A DNA stretch of 64,000 bases, from the sequence record KY555145.1. One strand, given 5' to 3'. Shown piece after piece: positions 16,988 to 26,152 of this stretch; within the stretch, counting starts at the first letter, position 1, and each line of letters starts with the position of its first letter. The notes under the pieces are model-generated. The model was not told the origin of the DNA, did no database searches, and saw only the letters and a list, made by a program, of their open reading frames with translations. A program made the translations under genes and the position numbers.

Positions 16988-18220
16988 CTAGCCCTTCACG
17001 CAGAGGACTTGCTTGAGGGTGTGGACGATGTCCACGAGGTCCTTCTGGGCCTCCATGACCGCGTCGATGTCCTTGTAGGCCATCGGGATTTCGTCGATCA
17101 CGCCGGCGTCCTTGCGGCACTCCACGCCCTCGGTGGCCTTGATCTGGTCCTCCAGGGTGAAGGTCGCCTTGGCCTGGGTCCGCGACATCGTCCGGCCCGC
17201 GCCGTGCGAGCACGAGCAGAACGAGTCCGCATTGCCCTTGCCGCGCACGATGTAGGACTTGGCCCCCATCGAGCCGGGGATGATCCCGAACTGGTCCTTC
17301 TGCGCCGACACCGCGCCCTTGCGGGTCACGAAGACCCACTCGTCGAAGTGGAACTCCTTCTGGACGTAGTTGTGGTGGCAGTTCACCGCTTCCTTGTCCG
17401 TCTTGAACGGCGGCAGGCCCGAGGCGCGCATGGCTTCCAGGACCCGGACCATCATCATCTCGCGGTTGATCCGCGCGAAGTCCTGGCCCCAGGCGACGGC
17501 TTCCACGTAGTCGTGGAACTCCGGCTCGCCCTCGCAGAGCCAAGCAAGGTCCTTGTCCAGCGGCTTGCGCCCGTCACGCCGCAGCATCATCTCCTTGGCC
17601 TTCTCGATGAAGATACGGCCGATGGTGTTGCCGACGCCGCGCGAGCCCGAGTGGAGCATCACCCAGACGCGCTGGTCCTCGTCGAGGCAGACCTCGATGA
17701 AGTGGTTGCCGCCGCCCAGGGTGCCCAGTTGGACCACGCTGTTGGCGTTCTTCAGCGCCGGGTACTTCTCGCAGAGCTTGTCGAACCGCGCCTCCAGGCC
17801 CGAATCGACCCACTTGCGCAGGATCGAGTTGGGGATGCCGCTGCGCCCGTTCCAGCCGCCCGACGGACCCGGCCCGCCGTGCGGGACGGCGTGCTCGATC
17901 AGCGAGCGAAGCTTGGACAGGCTGTCGGGGAGGTCCGACGCGGTCAGGCTGGTGCGGACCGCCATCATGCCGCAGCCGATGTCGACGCCGACGGCGGCCG
18001 GGATGATCGCGCCCTTGGTCGGGATCACCGAGCCCACGGTCGAGCCGATGCCCATGTGGACATCCGGCATCAGGGCGACATGCGAGTGAATGAAGGGCAG
18101 GGCCGCAAGGTTGTGGGCCTGGACCTGAGCCGGTTGCTCGAAGTTCACGCCGCGAACCCAGGCCTTGATCACCCCGCCATTCCAGCCGTTGATCTCTTCG
18201 TAATGGGTCTCGGCGGACAC
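16988..18220 (-). CDS. rtcB: RtcB RNA 3'-phosphate/5'-OH ligase
   Basis: MPDVH, GVDIGCGM, GTLGGGNHFIE, MLHSGSRG, CHHNY, RKGA, PGSMG, SHGAGR, DEIPMAYK. Confidence 0.95.
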   Translation of the reverse strand: MSAETHYEEINGWNGGVIKAWVRGVNFEQPAQVQAHNLAALPFIHSHVALMPDVHMGIGSTVGSVIPTKGAIIPAAVGVDIGCGMMAVRTSLTASDLPDSLSKLRSLIEHAVPHGGPGPSGGWNGRSGIPNSILRKWVDSGLEARFDKLCEKYPALKNANSVVQLGTLGGGNHFIEVCLDEDQRVWVMLHSGSRGVGNTIGRIFIEKAKEMMLRRDGRKPLDKDLAWLCEGEPEFHDYVEAVAWGQDFARINREMMMVRVLEAMRASGLPPFKTDKEAVNCHHNYVQKEFHFDEWVFVTRKGAVSAQKDQFGIIPGSMGAKSYIVRGKGNADSFCSCSHGAGRTMSRTQAKATFTLEDQIKATEGVECRKDAGVIDEIPMAYKDIDAVMEAQKDLVDIVHTLKQVLCVKG

Positions 18221-18236
18221 GGCGGGCTCCTTCTGT

Positions 18237-18286
18237 GGTGTCGTGATTTACGACTTTTGACCATGCTCCTCGGACGGTGTCAACAC
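18237..18286 (-). promoter_or_regulatory. repeated-family promoter with variant box (ACGACACC)
   Basis: GTGTTGACA-N17-TCAAAA, then box and GAAGGAG RBS of rtcB. Confidence 0.65.
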
Positions 18287-18463
18287 TTCTTCAACGGCGG
18301 TGATCTGAATTTGCAGCAGACTGGCCGCCGGGTGGCTGGGCGGAAGAAGGGCCTCGGCCTGTTTCATGGCGTCCAGGGTGTCTTCCAGCGCAGCGCGGAA
18401 GGTGTTGCGCTGCTCGGTGGTGGCGCGGACGGCGGAGGGAAATTCGAAGATCATGGGGATCAC
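18248..18463 (-). CDS. hypothetical protein
   Basis: short helical ORF. Confidence 0.5.
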   Translation of the reverse strand: MIPMIFEFPSAVRATTEQRNTFRAALEDTLDAMKQAEALLPPSHPAASLLQIQITAVEEVLTPSEEHGQKS

Positions 18464-18485
18464 CTTGAAGGGGTACGCTAAAACG

Positions 18486-18520
18486 AAAAACGCCGGCGAG
18501 GATGGCTCGCCGGCGTTTCC
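18486..18520 (-). terminator. intrinsic terminator
   Basis: AAAAACGCCGGCGAG-GATGG-CTCGCCGGCGTTT. Confidence 0.8.
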
Positions 18521-18549
18521 TAGTCCAGGGCGGGGCTAGAGCCGCCGCC

Positions 18550-19380
18550 TTACTTCACGTTGATGAACGGGATCGCGCCGCCGGTGGTGTTCGGCAGGTG
18601 ACCATCCCACTTCTCGATCGCCTTGAGTTCGACGATCTGCGGCGAGGCCGAGATCGACGCGGCCAGCAGACGGTTCGATTCGGCTTGACCACGGGCCTGC
18701 TCGATCGCGGCGTTGGCTTCGGCCTTGGCGACCTCGACGCGGGCGGTGGCCGCCACGGTGTCGGCGTCGGCCTTGGTCTTGGCCTGGATCGAATCGAGGA
18801 TCACCTGCGGGTAGCGGATGTTGCCGATCCAGTCGAGTTGACTGATCGTCACCCCGTCCCTGGCCCACTTCTTCTGCACGCCGGCGAGCGCCCGCTGGAT
18901 CACCTGCTGGCGTCCGCCCTTGTACAGGAACTCGACCGACACCAGTTCGGTCTCGCGGGCGATCGCCGAGCGGACGTCGTTGCGGATCGGACCTTCGAAC
19001 AGTTGGTCGAACGACAGCCGGTACTTCTTGTAGAGCGCCGGCGCCGCCGCCGGGTCGACACGCATGACGAGTTGGACGTCGGCGGTCATCGGCAGGGCGT
19101 TGTTGTCCGAGAACGTGACTTCCTCGTTCTCGGCGCCGCGCTCGTCGGCGTCGCGGGTGTAGGTGTAGGTGCGCTGGATCGCCGGGTAGTCGACGATCTT
19201 CTCACCCAGGCCGTTGAAGTGCATGCCCGAGGCCAGCGGCGTCGGATCGACGCCCGAGCCGCCCATGGTGCGAATCTTCACGCCGACATTGCCCGGCTCG
19301 ACGGTATGGAAACCGCAGGCCGACATGGTCGCCGCCATGCCCATCAGGGCGACGGCGGTCAGGAAGGACTTAATCTTCAA
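18550..19380 (-). CDS. SPFH/band-7 (prohibitin-like) lipoprotein
   Basis: signal peptide ending MSAC; VEPGNVGV; band-7 core with C-terminal AEA-rich coiled coil. Confidence 0.85.
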   Translation of the reverse strand: MKIKSFLTAVALMGMAATMSACGFHTVEPGNVGVKIRTMGGSGVDPTPLASGMHFNGLGEKIVDYPAIQRTYTYTRDADERGAENEEVTFSDNNALPMTADVQLVMRVDPAAAPALYKKYRLSFDQLFEGPIRNDVRSAIARETELVSVEFLYKGGRQQVIQRALAGVQKKWARDGVTISQLDWIGNIRYPQVILDSIQAKTKADADTVAATARVEVAKAEANAAIEQARGQAESNRLLAASISASPQIVELKAIEKWDGHLPNTTGGAIPFINVK

Positions 19381-19720
19381 GGGGTTGCTCCTTGCTTTGT
19401 TTCGGGGATTTGTGGAACGCTTTTGCGATGTCGCCAGCCAGCTTCATCGCGAACATCACGACCGTCGGCAGGCCCACGAACAGGACCGCGAAGGCCGCGA
19501 ACGAGGCGCCGAGGAAGTGGGCTTCGGTGAGGGTCCAGGCAAAGCCCATGATGACCAGCGCGCCGGCCATGATCACGAGCATCGGATAGACCGAGAGGCG
19601 GTAGAAGAGCCCCGGAAGGCGCTTGTCCTTGAGGGCCGCGCTGGGGCCGCCCAAGGCGTTCACCAGGAAGAAGACCATCAGGATCAGATAGATCGGGAAG
19701 AGCGGAAGGAAGAGCCTCAT
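19370..19720 (-). CDS. membrane protein (3 TM)
   Basis: MRLFLPLFPIYLILMVFFLV... Confidence 0.65.
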   Translation of the reverse strand: MRLFLPLFPIYLILMVFFLVNALGGPSAALKDKRLPGLFYRLSVYPMLVIMAGALVIMGFAWTLTEAHFLGASFAAFAVLFVGLPTVVMFAMKLAGDIAKAFHKSPKQSKEQPLED

Positions 19721-20454
19721 TGGGCGCGGCCTTTCAGGAGTTCGTTGACGCGATTGCGCAGGCTGTCGACCTTGTCCTGGCCCCCGAGGATGTCGGCGAG
19801 CAGGGTTTCGTCGACGCGGCTGAGCGCCCAGGCGAGATCGACCATCAGCGTCGTCTTCTGCTCGGTCGCGATGGCGACCTGCTCCTCGATCGCCTCGACG
19901 ATCGCGGTGACGAGGACTTCCTGGCGCACGCGCCAGCAGCCGTCGTCGCCGGCATAGAACCAAGTCGAGATGATGTTGTCGGCGCGGCTGTTGTCGGCGA
20001 TCTTGCGGGCGGCGTGGTAGGGGCCGTCATCGCGGCCGAGCACCGTGCCCAGGGCCAGGGCCGCCTCGATGTCCCTGAACCGGTTGGCGACCATGGGGAA
20101 CCACGACTCGCGGTCCTTGAAGTCGTCGCGGGCGTTCTGGATGATCTGGAGGATCAGGGCCACGCGCTTGTCCGAGATCGGCCGGTCCTCGACCAGCCGG
20201 CGGGACGCCCACTTGACGCGTTCGAGTGGCGTGACCACCACCGGCGCGCCGGCGTTGAGCAGCAGCTTGGCGACCTCGTTCTCGTAGGACTCGTACTCGC
20301 GGCAGCGCGCTTCCAGGCGACGGATCGTGGCGCGGTCCTCGATCGCCTGCTTGGTCATGTCGTCCATGGCCTCGGTGGCTTCCCGAAGTTGCTCCTCCAG
20401 GGCCGCCACGCGCTGAACGACGCCGAGCGCCAGAGTTTCGGTCGCGTCGGGCAT
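19717..20454 (-). CDS. coiled-coil hypothetical protein
   Basis: TGATG overlap with upstream gene. Confidence 0.65.
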   Translation of the reverse strand: MPDATETLALGVVQRVAALEEQLREATEAMDDMTKQAIEDRATIRRLEARCREYESYENEVAKLLLNAGAPVVVTPLERVKWASRRLVEDRPISDKRVALILQIIQNARDDFKDRESWFPMVANRFRDIEAALALGTVLGRDDGPYHAARKIADNSRADNIISTWFYAGDDGCWRVRQEVLVTAIVEAIEEQVAIATEQKTTLMVDLAWALSRVDETLLADILGGQDKVDSLRNRVNELLKGRAQ

Positions 20455-20741
20455 CAGGCCGCGAGCCCGCGCTGCTTCAAGGCGACGATCTGCTCGATCT
20501 CCTTGAGGATGTGGTCCGACAGGCGGTCGGTCCGTTCCTTGATGCCGGCGGGGACGCCGATCTTGCACTGACCGATCTCGTGCAGGCGGTCGGAGACGGC
20601 CTTCAGGTCGATCAGGGTGTCGCTGATCAGCACCTCGGCGAGGCCGATGGCCTCGGTCTGGATGGCGGCGATCCGCTGGGCGGTGGTCTGCGCCGATTGG
20701 CCCGCGACGAGGGCCAGGGCGGCGGTGTTCTTCTGGGTCAT
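20454..20741 (-). CDS. hypothetical coiled-coil protein
   Basis: first gene after promoter. Confidence 0.7.
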   Translation of the reverse strand: MTQKNTAALALVAGQSAQTTAQRIAAIQTEAIGLAEVLISDTLIDLKAVSDRLHEIGQCKIGVPAGIKERTDRLSDHILKEIEQIVALKQRGLAA

Positions 20742-20754
20742 GGAGGTCTCCTTC

Positions 20755-20803
20755 GTTGTCGTCGGGCGTGACTTCTAGTTGGGTTCCTGGAGGCTGTCAA
20801 CAC
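20755..20803 (-). promoter_or_regulatory. repeated-family promoter with GACGACAAC box
   Basis: GTGTTGACA-N17-TAGAAG-N8-GACGACAAC-GAAGGAG. Confidence 0.85.
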
Positions 20804-21065
20804 TTTCGCTCACCGGCGCGGCGCCGTAGTGCGCGACCAGGACAAGCCGGGCGCCGCAGGCGACTAGCGCGCCGCGCGCGTCGTAGATCAGCCGTCCGGC
20901 CTCCTCGCCGTTCTTGTCCAGGATGATGGCCTCCCTGGCGTAGGTCGGCTTGCCGCTCTTGCCCCGCTGGATGCGGATCGGAGGATCATCCGTGCCGCGC
21001 TTGGTGTTGCGGTCGATGACCTGCCGGTTGATGTTGAGGACGCAGGTCTTGCGGGTGATCTTCAT
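20775..21065 (-). CDS. conserved phage hypothetical protein
   Basis: NINRQVIDRN.K.G..DPPI ... G.LIY......CGAR pattern. Confidence 0.65.
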   Translation of the reverse strand: MKITRKTCVLNINRQVIDRNTKRGTDDPPIRIQRGKSGKPTYAREAIILDKNGEEAGRLIYDARGALVACGARLVLVAHYGAAPVSESVDSLQEPN

Positions 21066-21370
21066 TTGGCGGCGGCCTCCATCCTGAGGGTGATGATTTC
21101 CTGGCGCAGGCGCTCGTTCTCGCTCCGCAGCCGTTCGAGAGGGTCGGTGATCGCCCGGACGCGCGCGTCGATCAGGGCCTTCTCCTCGGGCGAGCGCCAC
21201 TGGTAGCCGTGATAGAGGGCGCTCAGCAGGTTGACCTTGCCGCTGCCGGCGACGATCTTGCCCCGCGTCTTGAGCCATTCCGCCGCCGCCGCCTCATGCA
21301 GGAGCCAGGGCGTGGGATGCAGGGGAAGCAGGCGCGCCGGGATCGGCGCGCCATGGTGGTCCAGGATCAA
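21062..21370 (-). CDS. hypothetical protein
   Basis: overlapping operon ORF. Confidence 0.6.
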   Translation of the reverse strand: MILDHHGAPIPARLLPLHPTPWLLHEAAAAEWLKTRGKIVAGSGKVNLLSALYHGYQWRSPEEKALIDARVRAITDPLERLRSENERLRQEIITLRMEAAAK

Positions 21371-22788
21371 ATCAGCGCTCCTTGGCTCGGATCGGCCGGC
21401 GCGTAGACGGCGCGGTTGATGGTGGTCTCCGGCTCGCCCGAGCGCTTGTTGGCGCCGTGACGCTTGATCGTGGCCCGGATGGCGTAGCGCTTGCCGGCCT
21501 CGGGACGGTACTTGCCGGTGTGGAAGTTCACCACCGCCGAGCCGTCGTCGCAGCGGATGGCCACGATGCAGGTCGTCTCGCCGAAGTCGTTGGTGTAGAG
21601 GTTGGTCCGCACGACCTCGCCCACGAAGTCCACGCGCTGGCCCTCGGCGGCGTCGAGGTGCTTGGCAGGCGGGCGCTGGGGAGCGTCGGCCTTCTTGCGG
21701 GCGTCCTCCTCGCGCTCCAGGGCGCGGCCGACCGACAGACCGACAGCGGCTACGATCACCCCGATGCGCTTGACCAGGACGAAATCTTCCTGGGCGAGCA
21801 CCATCTTGATGTTCTCGTGGAACGGATTGCCCGGCTTCAGCGAGCGGATGTAGTCGGTGAAGCCCTCGCGGTCGAATTCCGGCTCGAAGCCCTTGTAGGA
21901 GTCGATGATCTCCTGGTTACGCTTGCGCTCGTAGTCCGACAGGCCATAGCCCCGGTTGCCGAACATCAGCAGGCCGACATGCTTGCGCGAGTCTTCCTTG
22001 CTGTAGCCGCCGAGCCGGCGCGCCACGCGGTACGAGGTCCGCAGGAGTTCGCCCAGATCGACGTACTCCTCGCCCTTGCGCCAGCCGCCCGGATCACCCT
22101 TGAAGTTGTTCAGGTCATCCCAGAACGACAGCATGCGGACCGGATCGGCCCCCATATAGGCTTTCAGGCACGAGGCCCCGATCATCTTGATCCCGTCGGC
22201 GGTCTCGCAGACGAAGGTGTGTTTGCGGCGCTGGTTGACGCCGCAGTGGGCGCACTCGCCAGCGTGTACACGCATCCCTTCCACGACGTCGTTGGCGGTC
22301 TTGTCGACCAGCTTGAGGTAGTGCCCCGTCTTCTCGGCGGCTTCGTAGATGCCCAGGACGCGGCCCTTCTCGCCGACCATCGGCGGAACCGACAGGGTGA
22401 TCTCGATGCGGCGCACCACCATGGCCTCGTCGCTCAGATAGGGCGAGGGAATGTCGACCACCTTGCGCTCCAGGACCTCCAGGGTCTGGGCGCCGTGGGC
22501 GGCCCGCTTCTGGAGCTTGGCCAGCAGGCGCATGAAGCGTTCCTCGACGGCGAAGCCCATCATGAAGGTCAGGACGGCTTGGCCGTCGCGCACGCCTTCC
22601 TGGGCCTCCCACATGGCGGTCCGGTGAGCCTCGCGCTCCTGCTCGTCCTCGAAGATCGACACGCCCCTGGCGGTCACGACCTCGACGCCGTCGACCAGCA
22701 CGCTGGCCTGATCGGCGACCGTCTCGGGACGCTCACCGTAGGTTTCCAGCATGTAGTCCTGGTAGCTGCCTTCGAATTCGCCAAACAT
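21367..22788 (-). CDS. hypothetical protein with Cys cluster and C-terminal OB-like domain
   Basis: CAHCGVNQRR...IGASCL; beta-rich C-terminus; first gene after promoter. Confidence 0.75.
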   Translation of the reverse strand: MFGEFEGSYQDYMLETYGERPETVADQASVLVDGVEVVTARGVSIFEDEQEREAHRTAMWEAQEGVRDGQAVLTFMMGFAVEERFMRLLAKLQKRAAHGAQTLEVLERKVVDIPSPYLSDEAMVVRRIEITLSVPPMVGEKGRVLGIYEAAEKTGHYLKLVDKTANDVVEGMRVHAGECAHCGVNQRRKHTFVCETADGIKMIGASCLKAYMGADPVRMLSFWDDLNNFKGDPGGWRKGEEYVDLGELLRTSYRVARRLGGYSKEDSRKHVGLLMFGNRGYGLSDYERKRNQEIIDSYKGFEPEFDREGFTDYIRSLKPGNPFHENIKMVLAQEDFVLVKRIGVIVAAVGLSVGRALEREEDARKKADAPQRPPAKHLDAAEGQRVDFVGEVVRTNLYTNDFGETTCIVAIRCDDGSAVVNFHTGKYRPEAGKRYAIRATIKRHGANKRSGEPETTINRAVYAPADPSQGALI

Positions 22789-22802
22789 GATCGGCTCCTC
22801 TC

Positions 22803-22849
22803 GCTGTCGTGAGGGAGCTTGTACGGACTCACGCCGATGCTGTCAACAC
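22803..22849 (-). promoter_or_regulatory. repeated-family promoter with variant box (ACGACAGC)
   Basis: GTGTTGACA-N17-TACAAG. Confidence 0.8.
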
Positions 22850-22870
22850 TCTAACGCCAACAAAGAATCG

Positions 22871-23191
22871 CTAGGCCGCATCCTCGGGGGCTGCTTCGAG
22901 CGTCAGGGTGTACATGTCGTCGACGCCGATCGCCGGCTCGATCCCGACGATCACGCAGGTCCTGATCTTGCCGCTCTGGGCCTCGTAGATCACCGTGTCG
23001 TCCAGGCGCGGACCTTGGCAGTGAACCATCACGCTGGCCCGGTCGATCAGCAGGGGCTTCCTGAACCATCCGCGCTTGACCTTGCGCGGCGGCGCGATCT
23101 TGAACGTGCTGGCGTGGAGCGCGTGTCCCCAGCCCTGCTTGGCGGGCCGGAAGTCGAAGGTGCGCGGGGCTTTATCGAGGCGCAGGAGCAT
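22871..23191 (-). CDS. hypothetical protein
   Basis: ORF with RBS. Confidence 0.6.
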   Translation of the reverse strand: MLLRLDKAPRTFDFRPAKQGWGHALHASTFKIAPPRKVKRGWFRKPLLIDRASVMVHCQGPRLDDTVIYEAQSGKIRTCVIVGIEPAIGVDDMYTLTLEAAPEDAA

Positions 23192-23399
23192 GGTGGTCCT
23201 TTTCCAGAGTGCGGCGCTCCAGGCGCCTGTGGCCGATGAAGGTGATCATGTCCTTGGCCTGGACACGCGTGGGCATATAGCCTCCGAACCGCCGCTGGAG
23301 CGGGATGCGCCGGTACTTGGCGTCGAACTTCCAGCGCCAGCGCCACGCGTCGGGGTTCTGCCGCGCGAGGAGGGCGAAGACGAAGGACGGCGGGATCAT
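23172..23399 (-). CDS. basic hypothetical protein
   Basis: ATGA overlap. Confidence 0.55.
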   Translation of the reverse strand: MIPPSFVFALLARQNPDAWRWRWKFDAKYRRIPLQRRFGGYMPTRVQAKDMITFIGHRRLERRTLEKDHHAPAPR

Positions 23400-23641
23400 G
23401 GGTTGTCTCCCGAGAGGATCGAGAAGGTCGCCACCGGCGTCTTGCCGTCCAGCGGATGGCCCAGGATCAGTTCGGGGTCCTCGTCGCCCTCGCGGTCCTT
23501 CCAGACCACCTTGCCGTGATAGGTCATGACGCCGGCCGGGAGGTTCTGGCTGACCAGCCGCAGGGTCTCGGCATAGACATGGGTCCAGTCGAACGGGTTC
23601 ACCTGGGCCGGATTGTTGGTCACGCTGACGATCAAGGGCAT
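23396..23641 (-). CDS. hypothetical protein (MPLIVSVT...)
   Basis: TGATG overlap. Confidence 0.6.
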   Translation of the reverse strand: MPLIVSVTNNPAQVNPFDWTHVYAETLRLVSQNLPAGVMTYHGKVVWKDREGDEDPELILGHPLDGKTPVATFSILSGDNP

Positions 23642-24162
23642 CAGGAGGTCGAGCCTTTCAGATGGGTGTGGCCGCGATGGAACATGGTGGCGGCCTGCTT
23701 TTCGGTCCGGCACGGCCCGAACCATAGGCTGTCGCCCTGGCGGCGGGCGGCGATCCCGTATTCCCGCCGGGGCTCTTCGAGATAGGGGAGCGTCGTCAGG
23801 GCGCTCAGGACCTCGTAGGGCGTCTCGTCCGGCTCGATCTGGTCGTCGGCCACGGCGATGTAGAAATAGAGGTCGCGATCGGCCAGACCCAGCGGCGACT
23901 TGGCCCGGAACGAGCGGTAGCTCGACCAGAACCAGCCTCGCCGCATCTCCAGGCCCCGGCGGACGCCGAGCAAGCCCTCCTGGGTCTCGCCCTCGGGCCA
24001 GCACCCGAGGATCGAGGCGCTATAGGTCGCGCCCTCGGGCTCGCCAAGGTCGGCGCGGACAGCCGTCATGGCGATCGCCTTGGCCTCTTCCTCGTCGGCC
24101 GCCGCGATCTCGATCTCGGTGACCAGGGACTGGGAGACCTTGACCAGGAACCGCTCAGTCAC
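23641..24162 (-). CDS. hypothetical protein
   Basis: operon ORF. Confidence 0.65.
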   Translation of the reverse strand: MTERFLVKVSQSLVTEIEIAAADEEEAKAIAMTAVRADLGEPEGATYSASILGCWPEGETQEGLLGVRRGLEMRRGWFWSSYRSFRAKSPLGLADRDLYFYIAVADDQIEPDETPYEVLSALTTLPYLEEPRREYGIAARRQGDSLWFGPCRTEKQAATMFHRGHTHLKGSTS

Positions 24163-24847
24163 GGAGGCCTGCGAGTTGGAACGCCGTGGCGCCGACGGCC
24201 GCCGCCAGTTCTTGCTTCAGGTGCTCGACGTCCTCCTTCAACTCCTTGAAGTAGGGCGTGTCGGCGAGCAGGTCCTGCATCTTCCAGGCCAGGGTGTAGG
24301 CCCGGTGGACATAGCCCGTCGGATCGTCCTCGACCATCTTGACGACGTCGATCGCCTTCAGTTCGATCAGGCCCTCGGGACCCTTGATGAACACCACGTC
24401 GTGCGGCTCGATGATCCGCACGCCGCCCGAGGCGAGGTTCTTCAGGACACGCTCGCGGTGCTCGCAGTGATCGACCACGCCGATCTCGCCGCGCAGGGCG
24501 TGCGGTGGGTTGTGGGTCACCATGACAACCCGGTCGCCCGGCTGGAACGCCCAGCGGACTTCGGGGTCGTTGAGGTGGTCGTCGACCATCTGTCGGATCG
24601 TCGCCAGGGAGGTGTGGCCGTAGCAGTCGCCGTGGAGGACGTAGTGGATGATCTTCCACTCCTTCTCGGTCGGCATCGGGACTTCCTTCCCGTCGCCGTC
24701 GCGGCCGTGATAGTAGGCCGCCGTGCCCAGGCGATGGATGAGTTCGAAGGGCTCGCCCTCGTCGGTGACCTCCGGATGCGCATCGAGCAGCGCGATCATC
24801 TTGGCGAGGCTGTAGGTGAGCGGTCGGGTGGCGGGGCGCTGGGTCAC
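24155..24847 (-). CDS. hypothetical protein with SH3/Tudor-like segment
   Basis: FQPGDRVVMV...GEIGVVD. Confidence 0.65.
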   Translation of the reverse strand: MTQRPATRPLTYSLAKMIALLDAHPEVTDEGEPFELIHRLGTAAYYHGRDGDGKEVPMPTEKEWKIIHYVLHGDCYGHTSLATIRQMVDDHLNDPEVRWAFQPGDRVVMVTHNPPHALRGEIGVVDHCEHRERVLKNLASGGVRIIEPHDVVFIKGPEGLIELKAIDVVKMVEDDPTGYVHRAYTLAWKMQDLLADTPYFKELKEDVEHLKQELAAAVGATAFQLAGLRD

Positions 24848-25728
24848 AGGTGCTTCTCCAGGCCCAGGTCGTCGATCACCGCCTGGGCGATCGCTTCCAG
24901 ATTGAAGTGGCCGTCGATGACCGTGTCCTGCGCATCGTCGGCGTCGACATAGTTGGACCGCGCCGGCGCCGGGGCTTCCAGGATCGCGCGCTTCAGGGCG
25001 TCGGCCAGGATGACCGCCGGGGTCCGCTTGACCTTGGCCTTCTTGACCTTCCAGTTGAGGTCCTGGAGGCGCACGACGCGGCGATCGCCATCGACGATCT
25101 CCTTGAAGGCGCCGGCCTTGATCAGCCGCTCGACCGTGTCGTCGCTGAAATGCGGGTTGGCCTCGTCGACCGGGAAGGTTGTCCAGCAGTCCTGGCCCAG
25201 TTGGGTCAGGGTGCGCGAGGCGTTGTTCGCCGCGACGATGGCGTGGTACTCGTCGGCGAGCATGAACTGCTCGTAGCCAGGGCCGCAGAGCGTGCCCCGA
25301 TCATTCAGGACCTCGACATAGCAGTTCTCGCCGTTCCAAGAATCGGAGAGGTAGCATTTGACCAGGGTGTAGGTCTTGCCGACGGTGTAGTTCTCGTTGC
25401 CGCCGACATAGACCGCCTGGGCGTTCTGCGGGAACGGCCAGCGATACTGCTCGTGGTCGGGATCGAACGCCTCCAGGACCTTCAGGATGGAGTCCAGGCT
25501 CACCTCGTCGGCGGTGAAGCGCTTGTACTTGCCGTCGGCGTCGCGGCCGTGGAAGAGGTCCTGGCACTCGCGCACGATGTCGTACTCGAACGGCCAGATC
25601 GCGCCGCCGCGATAGTCCGAAAGGACCTTGTCGAACTCAGCGACCGAGGCGCCCGACGCAGCCATGGAAAGCAGCGTCTGGAGGATTTCGGCCGGCGGAC
25701 GAGCGTAGGCGTGGGGCTGGCGGATCAT
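24844..25728 (-). CDS. hypothetical protein
   Basis: 294 aa ORF, ATGA overlap. Confidence 0.7.
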   Translation of the reverse strand: MIRQPHAYARPPAEILQTLLSMAASGASVAEFDKVLSDYRGGAIWPFEYDIVRECQDLFHGRDADGKYKRFTADEVSLDSILKVLEAFDPDHEQYRWPFPQNAQAVYVGGNENYTVGKTYTLVKCYLSDSWNGENCYVEVLNDRGTLCGPGYEQFMLADEYHAIVAANNASRTLTQLGQDCWTTFPVDEANPHFSDDTVERLIKAGAFKEIVDGDRRVVRLQDLNWKVKKAKVKRTPAVILADALKRAILEAPAPARSNYVDADDAQDTVIDGHFNLEAIAQAVIDDLGLEKHL

Positions 25729-26087
25729 TGACCCGACACCTTCGCCAGTTGCTTTTCCAGTTCGGCGCGCAGTTCGGCGTCGCTCAGGCCCAGGCGTTCC
25801 TTCATGAACGCCACCGCCTCGGCGGCGGTCTCGAACGAGCGGGTCTCGGCATCGGTGCTGTCGCGCAGGCCGAGGATTTCGACCACGCCCCAGATCGTCG
25901 CCCAGGCGACGGCGATCAAGGCCGCCACCGTGATGACAAAGCCGAAGTTGAATTGGCGCGCGCCGGCGAGTTCCACCGCCTCGGCCGCCGTCCAGGCTAC
26001 CGCGACCATGCTCACCGAGGCGAGATGGAGCAGGGCGCCCCTGCGGGTGTGGGTCGGGCGGACGGTCAGGGTCATCTTGTCTTGCAC
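25725..26087 (-). CDS. membrane protein (2 TM)
   Basis: GTG start after GAGGAG; first gene after promoter. Confidence 0.65.
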   Translation of the reverse strand: MQDKMTLTVRPTHTRRGALLHLASVSMVAVAWTAAEAVELAGARQFNFGFVITVAALIAVAWATIWGVVEILGLRDSTDAETRSFETAAEAVAFMKERLGLSDAELRAELEKQLAKVSGQ

Positions 26088-26103
26088 GAGGGTCTCCTCT
26101 GCG

Positions 26104-26150
26104 GTTGTCGTCGCCCGCCTCTTAGGCCAAGGCCAAAGCCTTGTCAACAC
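26104..26150 (-). promoter_or_regulatory. repeated-family promoter with GACGACAAC box
   Basis: GTGTTGACA-N17-TAAGAG-N6-GACGACAAC. Confidence 0.85.
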
Positions 26151-26152
26151 AT

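Noticed and set aside
13853-22830. GANTC sites inside promoter spacers (13853, 22826) as evidence of GcrA/CcrM control
   Set aside because: Seen in only two of ~18 promoters and not at a fixed position
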